Shown one piece after another: positions 18,799-28,012 of a DNA stretch of 33,905 bases. The stretch is from a virus (taxonomy: Duplodnaviria; Caudoviricetes): IMG/VR virus record IMGVR_UViG_3300028588_000061, positions 1 to 33,905 of that record. One strand, 5' to 3'. A program made the translations under genes and the position numbers. Below the pieces are notes generated by a model. It did no database searches. It was not told the DNA's origin and worked only from the letters and a program-made list of their open reading frames with translations. Each line of letters starts with the position of its first letter. Within the stretch, counting starts at the first letter, position 1.

Positions 18799-19416
18799 AT
18801 GACTGCCACTGCAATCGGCCTCGCCGCCGCACTCGCCGCCACCATCGCCGTCACCCTCGACAAGCCGCTGACCCGCGGCGAGGATCAACTCGCCCAGCTG
18901 ACCTTCCGCCGCCCGACCACCCCGGTCCTGCTCGACATGTCGCTGATCCAGATCGGGCTCGCCGACATGGACAGCATCCGCGCGCTGCTCGCCCGCACCA
19001 GCACCGATGGCCTCATCGTCCAGGAGGTCGACCGCATCGACGGCGCCGACATGCTGGAGATCGCTCACGACATCGCCGGCTTCTTCCAGGTCGACGATAG
19101 CGACGCGCCCGCCATCACCATCGATGGCGACATCGTCACCATCCCGCTGGTCAAGCCGATTGAGCGCACCGTCGACGAAGAGCCGCGCCCGATCGCCAGC
19201 CTGCGCCTCCGCCGCCCCGACAGCGGCGCCTTTCGAGGCCTGTCCCTCGCCCGCCTCGGCCAGATGGAAACCCGCAGCCTGGCCGCGCTGCTGCCGCGGA
19301 TCTCGCTTGACCCGATCGGCGAGGCCGAGACCATGGCGATCGATCCTGTCGACTGGATGCGCATCGCCAACGAGGTCGGCGATTTTTTGCTGCCGAGGCG
19401 GCTGCGCACCGCCTGA
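18799..19416 (+). CDS. Tail assembly chaperone gpE, two tandem domains
   Basis: Two copies of L.KP..R.....L.(F/L)RRP.....SL....LL.R....ID..D...IA..(I/V)..F. Confidence 0.85.
   Translation: MTATAIGLAAALAATIAVTLDKPLTRGEDQLAQLTFRRPTTPVLLDMSLIQIGLADMDSIRALLARTSTDGLIVQEVDRIDGADMLEIAHDIAGFFQVDDSDAPAITIDGDIVTIPLVKPIERTVDEEPRPIASLRLRRPDSGAFRGLSLARLGQMETRSLAALLPRISLDPIGEAETMAIDPVDWMRIANEVGDFLLPRRLRTA
19383..19389 (+). other. Programmed -1 ribosomal frameshift site (gpE/E+E')
   Basis: TTTTTTG near end of gpE, as in P2; -1 frame is open to TGA at 19556. Confidence 0.85.
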
Positions 19417-19556
19417 CCGACGATCTCGAGGAAGCGATGGCGAACATCTTCGCCATCCTTCCCGGGCTCTCTTACGACGCGATGTGCGCCATGCGCCCGC
19501 ATCGCCTCATGGAATGGCACGACCGCGCGATAGCGCGGTCGGGAAATCCGGAGTGA
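19383..19556 (+). CDS. gpE' frameshift extension (P2 GpE family)
   Basis: Hand translation: FAAEAAAHRLTDDLEEAMANIFAILPGLSYDAMCAMRPHRLMEWHDRAIARSGNPE*, resembling the MA.I...M...L..W...A..RSG pattern of P2 E'. Confidence 0.82.
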   Translation, partial: FFAAEAAAHRLTDDLEEAMANIFAILPGLSYDAMCAMRPHRLMEWHDRAIARSGNPE

Positions 19557-19559
19557 ATC

Positions 19560-22406
19560 ATGGCCGGTGGCCGCAACCTCGATCTTCTCCTGCGCTTCAC
19601 GGCGCTCTATCGGCTCACCGGCCCGCTCCGCAACATGAGCCGCGGCGCGGCGGGCGCGCGCAATGCCGTTGCCGCCACCACCCGAGAACTGGCCGACCTC
19701 AACCGCCAGCAGGATCGCATCGCCAAGTACAAGGGGCTGGAAAACCGCCTCACCAGCACCAGCGCGAAACTCGCCGAGGCCAGCGCCAAGACCATGCGCC
19801 TGAAGCAGGAGCTGGCCTCCACAGCCCAGCCCACCGCCAAGCTCGCCGCCGCCGTCGCCACGGCCGAGCAGCGTGAGGCACGGCTCAGCGCCGGTCTGGC
19901 GCGCGAGACCCAGCGCCTTTCCTCGGTGCGGCGCGAACTGACCGGCGCCGGCATCGACACGAACCGCCTTGCCGACCACGAACGCACGCTCGGCACCAAC
20001 ATCGAAACCACCAACCGCCGCCTGGCCGAACAGCAGCGCCGGCTTGAAGCGGTCGAGCGCCGCCGCGCCCGCGTCGACAATGCGCGTGAGGTCGGCGGCA
20101 AGCTCCAGGGCGCCGGCGCCAATGCCGCCATGGCCGGTGCGGCGGTCGGTGCGCCGCTGGTGATCGCCGGCGGCAAATGGCGCGAGTTCGAATCCGGCAT
20201 GACCGACATCGCGCAGAAGGGCGAGTTGTCGCGCAAAGCGGCACGCGGAATGGGCGACGAGATCATGCGCATGGCGCCGCGCGTGAACCAGCTCGCCAGC
20301 GATTTGCGCGTCGGCGTCGACCAGCTCGCCGGCTTCGGCATGAAGCCCGACCAGGCGCTGGCGATGATGGAACCGATCGGCAAGACGGCGACCGCGTACA
20401 AGGCGCAGAACGAGGATCTCGCCAAGGCCACCTTCGCCACCTACGACAACCTGAAGGTGCCGCTCGGCGAAACGGCCAAGACGCTCGATATCCTCGCCTA
20501 TGCGGGCAAGAAGGGCGCGTTCGAGGTCAAGGATATGGCGAAGCACTTCCCCGCCCTGACCGCCGCGGCGCAGGGCCTGGGGCAGAAAGGCAATGGCGCC
20601 GTCGCCGATCTCGGCGCCGCGCTCCAGATCGTGCGCAAGGGCGCCGGCGACAGCGACACCGCCGGCAACAACCTCATCAACCTGCTCGCCAAGATCAACA
20701 CCGAAGACACGATCAAGAACTTCAAGGATTTCGGCGTCGATCTGCCCAAGGCGCTGAAGAAGGCGGCCAAGGATGGGAAATCGCCGATCGAGGCCATCAC
20801 GGAGCTGACACAGCAGGCGCTGAAGGGCGACCCCAGCAAGCTGTCCTTCCTGTTCGGCGACATGCAGGTTCAGCAGGCCATGCGCCCGCTGCTCGCCAAC
20901 ATGGCGGAATATCGGGCGATCCGCGCCGGCGCACTTCAGGCCAACGGCACCGTCGACGCCGACTTCCTGGAGCGCATGAACGACGCCGCGGAGAAGTCGC
21001 GCAGGTTCAACCTTCAGATGGAGAATTTGAGCCTGACAGTCGGCAGCGTCGTCGAGCCGATGCTGGATAAGGTGCAGGGCAAGCTTGGTGGCTGGGCCGA
21101 TCGGTTGACCCAGTTGAGCAACAGCAACCCATTGCTCTTCAAAACGATCGTCACGGTTCTGGGCGGCCTCGCCGGCATGCTCGCCGTCCTGGGCCCATTG
21201 GCCCTCGCCATCGGCCTCATGGCGCCGGGTATCGCGATGACCATCGACGGTCTGGGGCGCCTGCGCACCGGCCTCCTTTGGGTCGGCAAGGGGATCAGCT
21301 TCCTCGATCTCCGCTTCACCCGCTTCATCCGCACTGGCCTGGCAAGGCTGGGTCCGGCATTGGGCCGCATAGCGTGGAGCGCCGCAACCGGCGGAGCCCG
21401 GCTGCTAGGCGCTGGCATGCGGTTCGCCGGGATCGCCGCGCAATGGCTGAAGGCTGGGCTCATCCGCCTAGCACTGGCCGGGTACGCGCAAGGCGCTCGC
21501 TTGCTCGGCGCAGCATCCCGAGGGCTCGCAGCAGGGCTGCGCTTTGCGGGCATCGCTGCCCGGTTCCTCGTCACCGGACTGGCACGAATGGCGATCGCGG
21601 TCGTGACCAATCCCGTCCTGCTACTCGCCGCCGGCATCGCCGTTGGAGCGTACCTGATCTACAAGAACTGGGACGCAATCAAAGGCTACCTCTCCGCCGG
21701 CCTCGCCTGGTTCCAGGGGCTCTGGGCGCGGTTCGGCGCCTTCGCCTCAGCCGGCATCGGCCGCATCGGCGCCGCCCTCTCCAGCTTCAATCCGCTGGCT
21801 TTACTTCGCCAGGCGTTCGCCGGCGTCATGACCTGGTTCGGCGTCTCGCTGCCTAACAGCTTCGCCTCCTTCGGCGGCATGCTGATTAGCGGCCTGTGGC
21901 GCGGCATCAGCAGCCGCCTCGGTGCACTCAAGAGCGGCATCCTCGGCATCGCCAACAGCGCCAAGAGCTGGTTCAAGAACGCCATGGGCATCAAGTCGCC
22001 GAGCCGCGTCTTCATGGGCTTCGGCGGCTACATGACCGAAGGCCTGGCGATCGGCGTTCAACGCGGCGCAGCTCGGCCGCTCGATCGCGTCCGCCAGCTC
22101 GCCACCGACATCGCCGCAGCCGGCGCCCCGCCGCGCCTGCTGCGCAATGCCGTGACGATCGGCGCCGCGGTGACCGCCGGCGCCGGCCTGCCCACCGTCT
22201 CTGCGGCATCGCCCGTCGCCAGCCCGACTGTCGCGATCGGCGCGATCGGCGCGGCTGCGCCAAGCGTCCACCACCATACCCACCACAATGAATTCCACAT
22301 CACCATCGCCGGCGGCGGCGACATCCGCAGCCAGGCGCGCGAGCTGATGGCCGAGATCCAGCGCCTGCAGCGTGTCGCACGCGACGCCTCTTACAAGGAC
22401 GATTGA
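19560..22406 (+). CDS. Tail tape measure protein (gpT)
   Basis: 948 aa, coiled-coil N-terminus, FESGMTDI, GAFEVKDMA, YLIYKNWD, GIKSPSRVF. Confidence 0.95.
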   Translation: MAGGRNLDLLLRFTALYRLTGPLRNMSRGAAGARNAVAATTRELADLNRQQDRIAKYKGLENRLTSTSAKLAEASAKTMRLKQELASTAQPTAKLAAAVATAEQREARLSAGLARETQRLSSVRRELTGAGIDTNRLADHERTLGTNIETTNRRLAEQQRRLEAVERRRARVDNAREVGGKLQGAGANAAMAGAAVGAPLVIAGGKWREFESGMTDIAQKGELSRKAARGMGDEIMRMAPRVNQLASDLRVGVDQLAGFGMKPDQALAMMEPIGKTATAYKAQNEDLAKATFATYDNLKVPLGETAKTLDILAYAGKKGAFEVKDMAKHFPALTAAAQGLGQKGNGAVADLGAALQIVRKGAGDSDTAGNNLINLLAKINTEDTIKNFKDFGVDLPKALKKAAKDGKSPIEAITELTQQALKGDPSKLSFLFGDMQVQQAMRPLLANMAEYRAIRAGALQANGTVDADFLERMNDAAEKSRRFNLQMENLSLTVGSVVEPMLDKVQGKLGGWADRLTQLSNSNPLLFKTIVTVLGGLAGMLAVLGPLALAIGLMAPGIAMTIDGLGRLRTGLLWVGKGISFLDLRFTRFIRTGLARLGPALGRIAWSAATGGARLLGAGMRFAGIAAQWLKAGLIRLALAGYAQGARLLGAASRGLAAGLRFAGIAARFLVTGLARMAIAVVTNPVLLLAAGIAVGAYLIYKNWDAIKGYLSAGLAWFQGLWARFGAFASAGIGRIGAALSSFNPLALLRQAFAGVMTWFGVSLPNSFASFGGMLISGLWRGISSRLGALKSGILGIANSAKSWFKNAMGIKSPSRVFMGFGGYMTEGLAIGVQRGAARPLDRVRQLATDIAAAGAPPRLLRNAVTIGAAVTAGAGLPTVSAASPVASPTVAIGAIGAAAPSVHHHTHHNEFHITIAGGGDIRSQARELMAEIQRLQRVARDASYKDD

Positions 22407-22409
22407 TCC

Positions 22410-22784
22410 ATGCTGCTCGCCCTCGGCCTCTTCGTCTTCGAAAACCTGTCGGTCCCCTTCACCGACATCAGCCGCCGCACCGCCTGGCGCCACGCCCGCA
22501 GCGCGCGCGTCGGCGCCCGCGACGCCAGCCAATATGTCGGGCCCGGCGACGACACCATCTCGCTCTCCGGTGTCCTCCTGCCCGGCTACGCCGGCGACTT
22601 CGCCTCCATGCGCAAACTGCGCGCCATGGCGGATGAGGGCGAGGCATGGCCGCTGGTCACCGGCACCGGCGAGGTCCTGGGCAGCTTCGTCATCCTTTCG
22701 ATCGACGAGCGCGGCAGCACCCTTATGCTCGACGGGGTGCCCCGCAAGGTCGACTTCGCGGTCGAGCTGGACCGCGTCGGCTGA
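22410..22784 (+). CDS. Tail protein U
   Basis: MLLALGLFVF, WRH...RVGAR.ASQYVGPGDDTISLSG. Confidence 0.93.
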   Translation: MLLALGLFVFENLSVPFTDISRRTAWRHARSARVGARDASQYVGPGDDTISLSGVLLPGYAGDFASMRKLRAMADEGEAWPLVTGTGEVLGSFVILSIDERGSTLMLDGVPRKVDFAVELDRVG

Positions 22785-23842
22785 TGATCACCGTTCCCCC
22801 CGCAACCGACCGCCGCCAGAACCTCGCCGACTTCCGCGTCACCATGGATGGCAAGGATCTGACCGACCGGCTGCGCCCCCGCCTGATCTCCCTGCGCCTG
22901 ACCGAGAAGCGCGGCGGCGAAGCCGACGAGCTCGAGCTGGTGCTCGACGATTCCGACGGCAAGCTAGCCATCCCGCGTAAGGGCGTGGTCATCACCTGCG
23001 CGTTGGGCTGGCGTCGCGGCACCGACGTGATCGCCGGCCTGGTCGACAAGGGCCGCTTCACCGTCGACGATGCCAGCTGGGATAGCGCGCCCGACACCAT
23101 CACCGTCCGCGCCCGCTCGGCCGATCTCACCGCCGGCTACCGCGTCCGCCGCGAGCGCAGTCACCGCGACACCACCCTGGGCGCGGTCGCACAGCGCGTC
23201 GCCGCCGCCCATGGCTACACCGCCCATTTCGATCCCGCCCTCGCCGGCATCGCCGTCCCCGTCCTGGTCCAGGACGGAAAGAGCGACATGGCGATGATCC
23301 GCGAACTCGGCCGCCGCCACGACGCCGTCGCTACGGTCAAGGATCGCCGCCTGATCCTCAAGCCGATCGGCACCGCCACCACCAGCTCGGGCGCCGCCAT
23401 CCCCGCCGCCACGATCCTGCGCAGCGCCGGCGATCGCGCGTCCTGGAAGACCAGCGAGCGCGACGCCTACACCAAGGTCGAGGCACGCTGGCACGACGGG
23501 GGCGCAGCCGAGCGCAAGACGGTGAGCCACGCCGTCGCCGGCAAAGCCGCCGGCGGCGACACCAAAGTCCGCCGCCTGAAAAAGACCTTCCACAGCAAGG
23601 CCGACGCCGAAGCCGCTGCCCAGGCCGAGGCCGGCCGCGTCGCGCGCGGCGGCGCCGAGCTGACCGTGTCGCTCGCCCTCGGCCGCCCCGATCTCTACCC
23701 CGATCGCCGCCTGGCGGTAACCGGCTTCAAGAAGGGCGTGGACGGCGCGAACTGGCTCGTCTCGGAGGTCACCCATAACCTTGACGGTCAAGGCGGCCTT
23801 CGCACTGACCTGAAGCTGGAAACGGCTGTGACAACGGATTAG
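22784..23842 (+). CDS. Late control / baseplate hub protein D
   Basis: RLISLRLTEKRGGEADEL.LVLDDSDG, DKGRFTVD, APDTITVRARSAD, GRPDLYP. Confidence 0.93.
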   Translation: MITVPPATDRRQNLADFRVTMDGKDLTDRLRPRLISLRLTEKRGGEADELELVLDDSDGKLAIPRKGVVITCALGWRRGTDVIAGLVDKGRFTVDDASWDSAPDTITVRARSADLTAGYRVRRERSHRDTTLGAVAQRVAAAHGYTAHFDPALAGIAVPVLVQDGKSDMAMIRELGRRHDAVATVKDRRLILKPIGTATTSSGAAIPAATILRSAGDRASWKTSERDAYTKVEARWHDGGAAERKTVSHAVAGKAAGGDTKVRRLKKTFHSKADAEAAAQAEAGRVARGGAELTVSLALGRPDLYPDRRLAVTGFKKGVDGANWLVSEVTHNLDGQGGLRTDLKLETAVTTD

Positions 23843-23905
23843 CCAAGGGGTCACAACGGGATCAGCGGGGCGACACTTTCCCGCCGATCGGGCATTGAAG
23901 CCGCC

Positions 23906-24499
23906 ATGTGCAATGAGCATCGCAGCCACGTCGACATCGACCAACTCAGCTATGAGTTCTCGCAGATCGGCGTCCCCGTGCGCTTTCCCGAAGGGTTACC
24001 GAACCTCCCGCCCAGCAACAGCATCAAGATCACCGATCGCCACGCGATCGTCCGCCAGGGTGCCGAAGGCGCAGAGCTTGTCATGCGCCGCTGGAGCTGG
24101 CCCGGCCCAACCGGCAAGCCCGTCTACAACTTCCGGTCTGAGGGGCGCACCTTCGACAGCGGGCGCGTGCTGATCATCGCGGATGGCTTCTACGAGTTCA
24201 CCGATCCGCCACCCGTCGAGGGCGCGCCCAAGAAGCGGCCAAAGAGCAAGTGGCTCTTCACCATGCCCGATGAGCCCTTCTTCTGCATCGCGGGGCTCCT
24301 GCGCACGGACGCGAAGGTCGGCGAAGCATACACCATGCTCACCACCTCACCTGGGCCGGACATCGCGCCCTATCACGACCGGCAGATCGTCGTGCTTGGG
24401 CGGGCCGATTGGGCGAAATGGCTCAATCCTGCCGTGCCTGCCGGCGACGTGTTGCGGCCTGCAGCGGCCGGAACGCTGAAGGTCACGCAGGTTCGCTGA
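23906..24499 (+). CDS. SOS response-associated peptidase (SRAP/YedK/HMCES family)
   Basis: Cys at position 2 (MCN), N.RSE, ADGFYE, YTMLTT, HDRQIVVL. Confidence 0.9.
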   Translation: MCNEHRSHVDIDQLSYEFSQIGVPVRFPEGLPNLPPSNSIKITDRHAIVRQGAEGAELVMRRWSWPGPTGKPVYNFRSEGRTFDSGRVLIIADGFYEFTDPPPVEGAPKKRPKSKWLFTMPDEPFFCIAGLLRTDAKVGEAYTMLTTSPGPDIAPYHDRQIVVLGRADWAKWLNPAVPAGDVLRPAAAGTLKVTQVR

Positions 24500-24605
24500 T
24501 CGGCAGCTAGCGAACGTTTTAGAGGCTCGCGTGATCTAACACCCAGAGTTACACTGGCCCGTCTAGCACCATCTCGAAAGATGGCGCAGAGCAGGGAGAG
24601 AAGCG

Positions 24606-24818
24606 ATGGTAAAAACGTGGACGTCGGCAGAAACCGGAAATGTGACCTGTGACAATTGCGGACGCGTCTACAAACGTTCGGTTTTTCGTTTTCCAATGCG
24701 CGACAAAGACAGCTATGAATGCGCTTGTGGTGTAACGCTCGAAAGCTGGAACAGCACTGAGTCACCCTCATTTCACTTGGTATCTGGGCCAACAAAGGAC
24801 GCCCAGAAGCCGGAGTGA
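24606..24818 (+). CDS. Small putative zinc-ribbon protein
   Basis: 70 aa, CDNC...C-A-C; purine-rich RBS (GGGAGAG) upstream. Confidence 0.6.
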   Translation: MVKTWTSAETGNVTCDNCGRVYKRSVFRFPMRDKDSYECACGVTLESWNSTESPSFHLVSGPTKDAQKPE

Positions 24819-24829
24819 TAGTGCTGCGG

Positions 24830-25777
24830 CTACCAGATGTTCGGCAATGCTCCGGCCACAGCCGCGAACACGGGCGGTGGCACTGCGTTGCCAACGACGC
24901 GATACTTCGACGCTAATCCGGCGGTCTCGGGGAACACCAAGTCCCCGAAGCCCTGAAGCCGCGCTGCTTCACGATAGGATATGCGGCGGGCCGGCGCGTC
25001 TGACACGAACTCCCACTTGTCAGTGTGAATGCGCTTCAGCGCTGGGCTGACGGGATGAAGCGGAGCATGCCTGCTGCTGGCAACGATGGTTCTGCTGCGC
25101 TCGCCCCAGCCGCGGTAGCGGTTTCGCGACAAGTAGTACCAGTGGAATGGTTGAGCGTCGAATTCCCCGGTTGGCCACGCCTCCATGTCCCCGATCGTCT
25201 CACCGATGGTCGGGCACAAGGGCAGTGCATCGTCATCGCCTTCCGCATAGCGATGAGTTGCGTCCGGGAAGCTGTACTTGACGCCGAAATCAGAACGCAC
25301 TCCTACGAAGAAGAGGCGGCGGCGCTCCTGCGGCACACCGAACTCCCGTGCGTCGAGAATGCCGGCATTCACGCGATAGCCTGACAGGCGAAATCTCGTG
25401 ATCTGGTTGCGAAAAAGGTGAAGGTTATCGTCGCGGACCATGCCGGAGACGTTCTCGACGATGAACGCCTTTGGCTTGATTAGCTGCAACGCCCGAACAA
25501 ATTCGCGATATAGGAAATTGATCTTACGCGAGGGGTCTCGAACACCAGCCTGACTGAAGCCCTGACAGGGATAACAGCCCACAAGCAGATCAGCGGCCGG
25601 AAAGTGTTTTATATCAGTGACATCGCCCAGGCGGAAATCCGTTTCGGGCAGATTGGCTTTATATACGTCGCGAGCATAGCTCAGGACATCATTCGCCATC
25701 AGTACGTCGAAGCCAGCCGTGGCCAAACCCGCGTCGGATCCGCCGCATCCAGAAAACAGCGACACCGCCGTTGGCAT
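24830..25777 (-). CDS. C5 cytosine DNA methyltransferase
   Basis: Motif I LFSGCGG, IV GCYPCQGFS, VI ENV, VIII Q.RRR, IX REAARLQGF, X GNAVPP. Confidence 0.95.
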   Translation of the reverse strand: MPTAVSLFSGCGGSDAGLATAGFDVLMANDVLSYARDVYKANLPETDFRLGDVTDIKHFPAADLLVGCYPCQGFSQAGVRDPSRKINFLYREFVRALQLIKPKAFIVENVSGMVRDDNLHLFRNQITRFRLSGYRVNAGILDAREFGVPQERRRLFFVGVRSDFGVKYSFPDATHRYAEGDDDALPLCPTIGETIGDMEAWPTGEFDAQPFHWYYLSRNRYRGWGERSRTIVASSRHAPLHPVSPALKRIHTDKWEFVSDAPARRISYREAARLQGFGDLVFPETAGLASKYRVVGNAVPPPVFAAVAGALPNIW

Positions 25778-25850
25778 TTGAAACCGTCCCCCCTCTTGAG
25801 CTTCCGAGCCTATAGCGCTCGGCGCCTCGCCGCCAAGGTGGAATTCGTCT

Positions 25851-26816
25851 CTATGCAGCTTTTGGCATGGCTAGTTGGGCCAGCTCCGTCAGCGTCGCTC
25901 GCCAGGTAACATACTCAGGATCTTCGCGCACTTCCTCTGCAATGGCGGTGAGGCGAATGCGATCGAGCACCCAGCCCGCTCGCACATGTGCGATTTGAAA
26001 GTTGCCATCCGACAGTGCGAAGGGAGTAGCGAACGCTCGTATAGGGGCAACCCAGCTTACAGGGTGAAACCAAGCGCCTAGCGCTGCCAATGACAGTTCG
26101 TCTAGTTTTTGATCCCAATTTCCGCCGCAGGCGCACTGGCCGAGAACGAAAAGGTTGCCCTTTCTGTTGTCGAGCTGCCGTTTCCAAACCACAAAGTCTA
26201 TCGTCCCGTCGCCACCGACATTAGGGGCTTCGGGCAAACCTTCGTGGGGCTGCCACCACCACTCGCCCGTCAAGCGGCGAATTTCTTCCATAGCCGACAG
26301 CCATGTGCCGAACGGAGCGTCACGCGGCGCACCACTATTAAAGACTTCGGTGTGCACGCCCATGTAGAGTTTCGTCAGCAGGGCCGCGATGCGTTCGAAG
26401 GTTCTAGGCAGTTGCACGTAGGCGCCAGTAGTGATGTTAGGCGCCAGTGAGATACCGAGGCAGTACTCATAAAAGCCACTGCTTGGACCTCGATACGTCA
26501 GGGTTCCTCGATCGAGGTCGAACGGATATGCAGCTCCAAGGTATCTGATCCGTCGCTGTATCTCCTCCGAGATTGCGCTGACGCCACCTTCAACGCCGAG
26601 ATCAAGGCGATGCCAACGCTCACGACCAGGCTCATCGTCTTGAAGCCCAGCCACTCCGGGATCAAACTCATCATCCTCAAGCGCGTCCGCAATGACATCG
26701 TCGCGCATCCCCGCGTCGATGACAGTACTGCCCGTGAGAATAGCTACCTTCTCAGTTTGATCCGCGTCGCGAGCAACCTTCTGCTCCTGGAGGCGAACAG
26801 AATATGCGTCCCTCAC
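25851..26816 (-). CDS. Hypothetical protein with PD-(D/E)XK-like C-terminal domain
   Basis: GDGTIDFVVW...LFVLGQCACG resembles D..D...QxK restriction-nuclease core with Lys replaced by Ala; GTG start overlaps upstream TGA. Confidence 0.6.
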   Translation of the reverse strand: MRDAYSVRLQEQKVARDADQTEKVAILTGSTVIDAGMRDDVIADALEDDEFDPGVAGLQDDEPGRERWHRLDLGVEGGVSAISEEIQRRIRYLGAAYPFDLDRGTLTYRGPSSGFYEYCLGISLAPNITTGAYVQLPRTFERIAALLTKLYMGVHTEVFNSGAPRDAPFGTWLSAMEEIRRLTGEWWWQPHEGLPEAPNVGGDGTIDFVVWKRQLDNRKGNLFVLGQCACGGNWDQKLDELSLAALGAWFHPVSWVAPIRAFATPFALSDGNFQIAHVRAGWVLDRIRLTAIAEEVREDPEYVTWRATLTELAQLAMPKAA

Positions 26817-27964
26817 AGATCATCATCCGGGTTCACGATGTCTCTGAGGCTCTTCTCGAACGATGCTGCCGCTCGCCGATTGGCGCTCGCCAGAGTTAAG
26901 TTGGCCTCAGCGACATTCACTGGGATAGCTGATGATGAAACGACGCCGGCAAGTTCGGCCTGTAGCCTTCTAACTTCTACAAGATTTTGAGCGATGCGTT
27001 CTTCTACCGGCTGCGTAAGCCGGAGCACCTCGTCCAGCGATGTGCCGAAGCGCATGTAATCGACTTTATCTCGATCGCCGAACGCGGACGCGAGGTTACC
27101 CAGCGCACGCGAATCTCGTATTACAGAGTTAAGTCCAGCAGACTTGCTACCGAACATTGCTCGCATCATAAACGCGACATTCTCAAGACGCTCGGTAGGG
27201 ATCGGGTTTGGTTTCGGCCCATCGTCTGGCATGCCGACGAAGTCCCGAGCTGCCGTGTACCCAAGTATCGTGTATACCCAAGAGAAAGGGTATTCCGTCA
27301 CACTTCCCCGACCATTGCGAACGGAGTCCGATGGTATGAAATGCCCAGACTTCACTGCCTGCTGAACGACGTAGTAGCCCTCTAATAGTCGAGCTACCGT
27401 TCGATGCGGATCACCGATCATTGTCGAGATATCGTTGACCGTTAATTTGGTAGACTGGACAACCTGAGCCGCCCAGTGAGCTTTGGCATAGCTGTCCCAA
27501 GGAGCCGAAGCTGAAATGTGACGCACGCCCAGGTAAGACAAGAGTTCGGCATCATCTGCATCTTCGGCAAAGCTAATGACCGGAACGGGATCAATGCTCT
27601 TAGAACCGTGCTTAACCCAAAGCTCGCGATATGGCGCGCCTTTGATCGACTGATTTCTTGCTCGATCATCGTTTGAAAGGATCAGGCACGCAGCCAGACG
27701 CCGGTTGCCTTCAACGATCTTGATTTCGTCGCCAACAACCTTGCCGACGAGGGGCTCGGCTTTGAAGTATCCGTTAACAGCAAGCGAGCTGATGACGTCG
27801 TCTATGCCATAAGTGTTTACGATGTGATCGAGCACAGCCGCCTGATCAACCAAGCCGGCCTGCTGTCCGCCAAACCTCGGGTTCGTGACATCCAACTGTA
27901 GCTTAGCGAGAGGCTCTGGCTCCGCGATGTTTGCGCTGAAGGCGGCTGGTGGAACGGTGCTCAA
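26813..27964 (-). CDS. ParB/Sulfiredoxin-like N-terminal domain protein
   Basis: LDVTNPRF, NGYF.AEPL, IVEGNRRLAA, RH.....PW. Confidence 0.8.
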   Translation of the reverse strand: MSTVPPAAFSANIAEPEPLAKLQLDVTNPRFGGQQAGLVDQAAVLDHIVNTYGIDDVISSLAVNGYFKAEPLVGKVVGDEIKIVEGNRRLAACLILSNDDRARNQSIKGAPYRELWVKHGSKSIDPVPVISFAEDADDAELLSYLGVRHISASAPWDSYAKAHWAAQVVQSTKLTVNDISTMIGDPHRTVARLLEGYYVVQQAVKSGHFIPSDSVRNGRGSVTEYPFSWVYTILGYTAARDFVGMPDDGPKPNPIPTERLENVAFMMRAMFGSKSAGLNSVIRDSRALGNLASAFGDRDKVDYMRFGTSLDEVLRLTQPVEERIAQNLVEVRRLQAELAGVVSSSAIPVNVAEANLTLASANRRAAASFEKSLRDIVNPDDDL

Positions 27965-28012
27965 ATCGAAAATCCTATGATCGGCATGTGATCGCCATAA
28001 CTTACAGATTAC

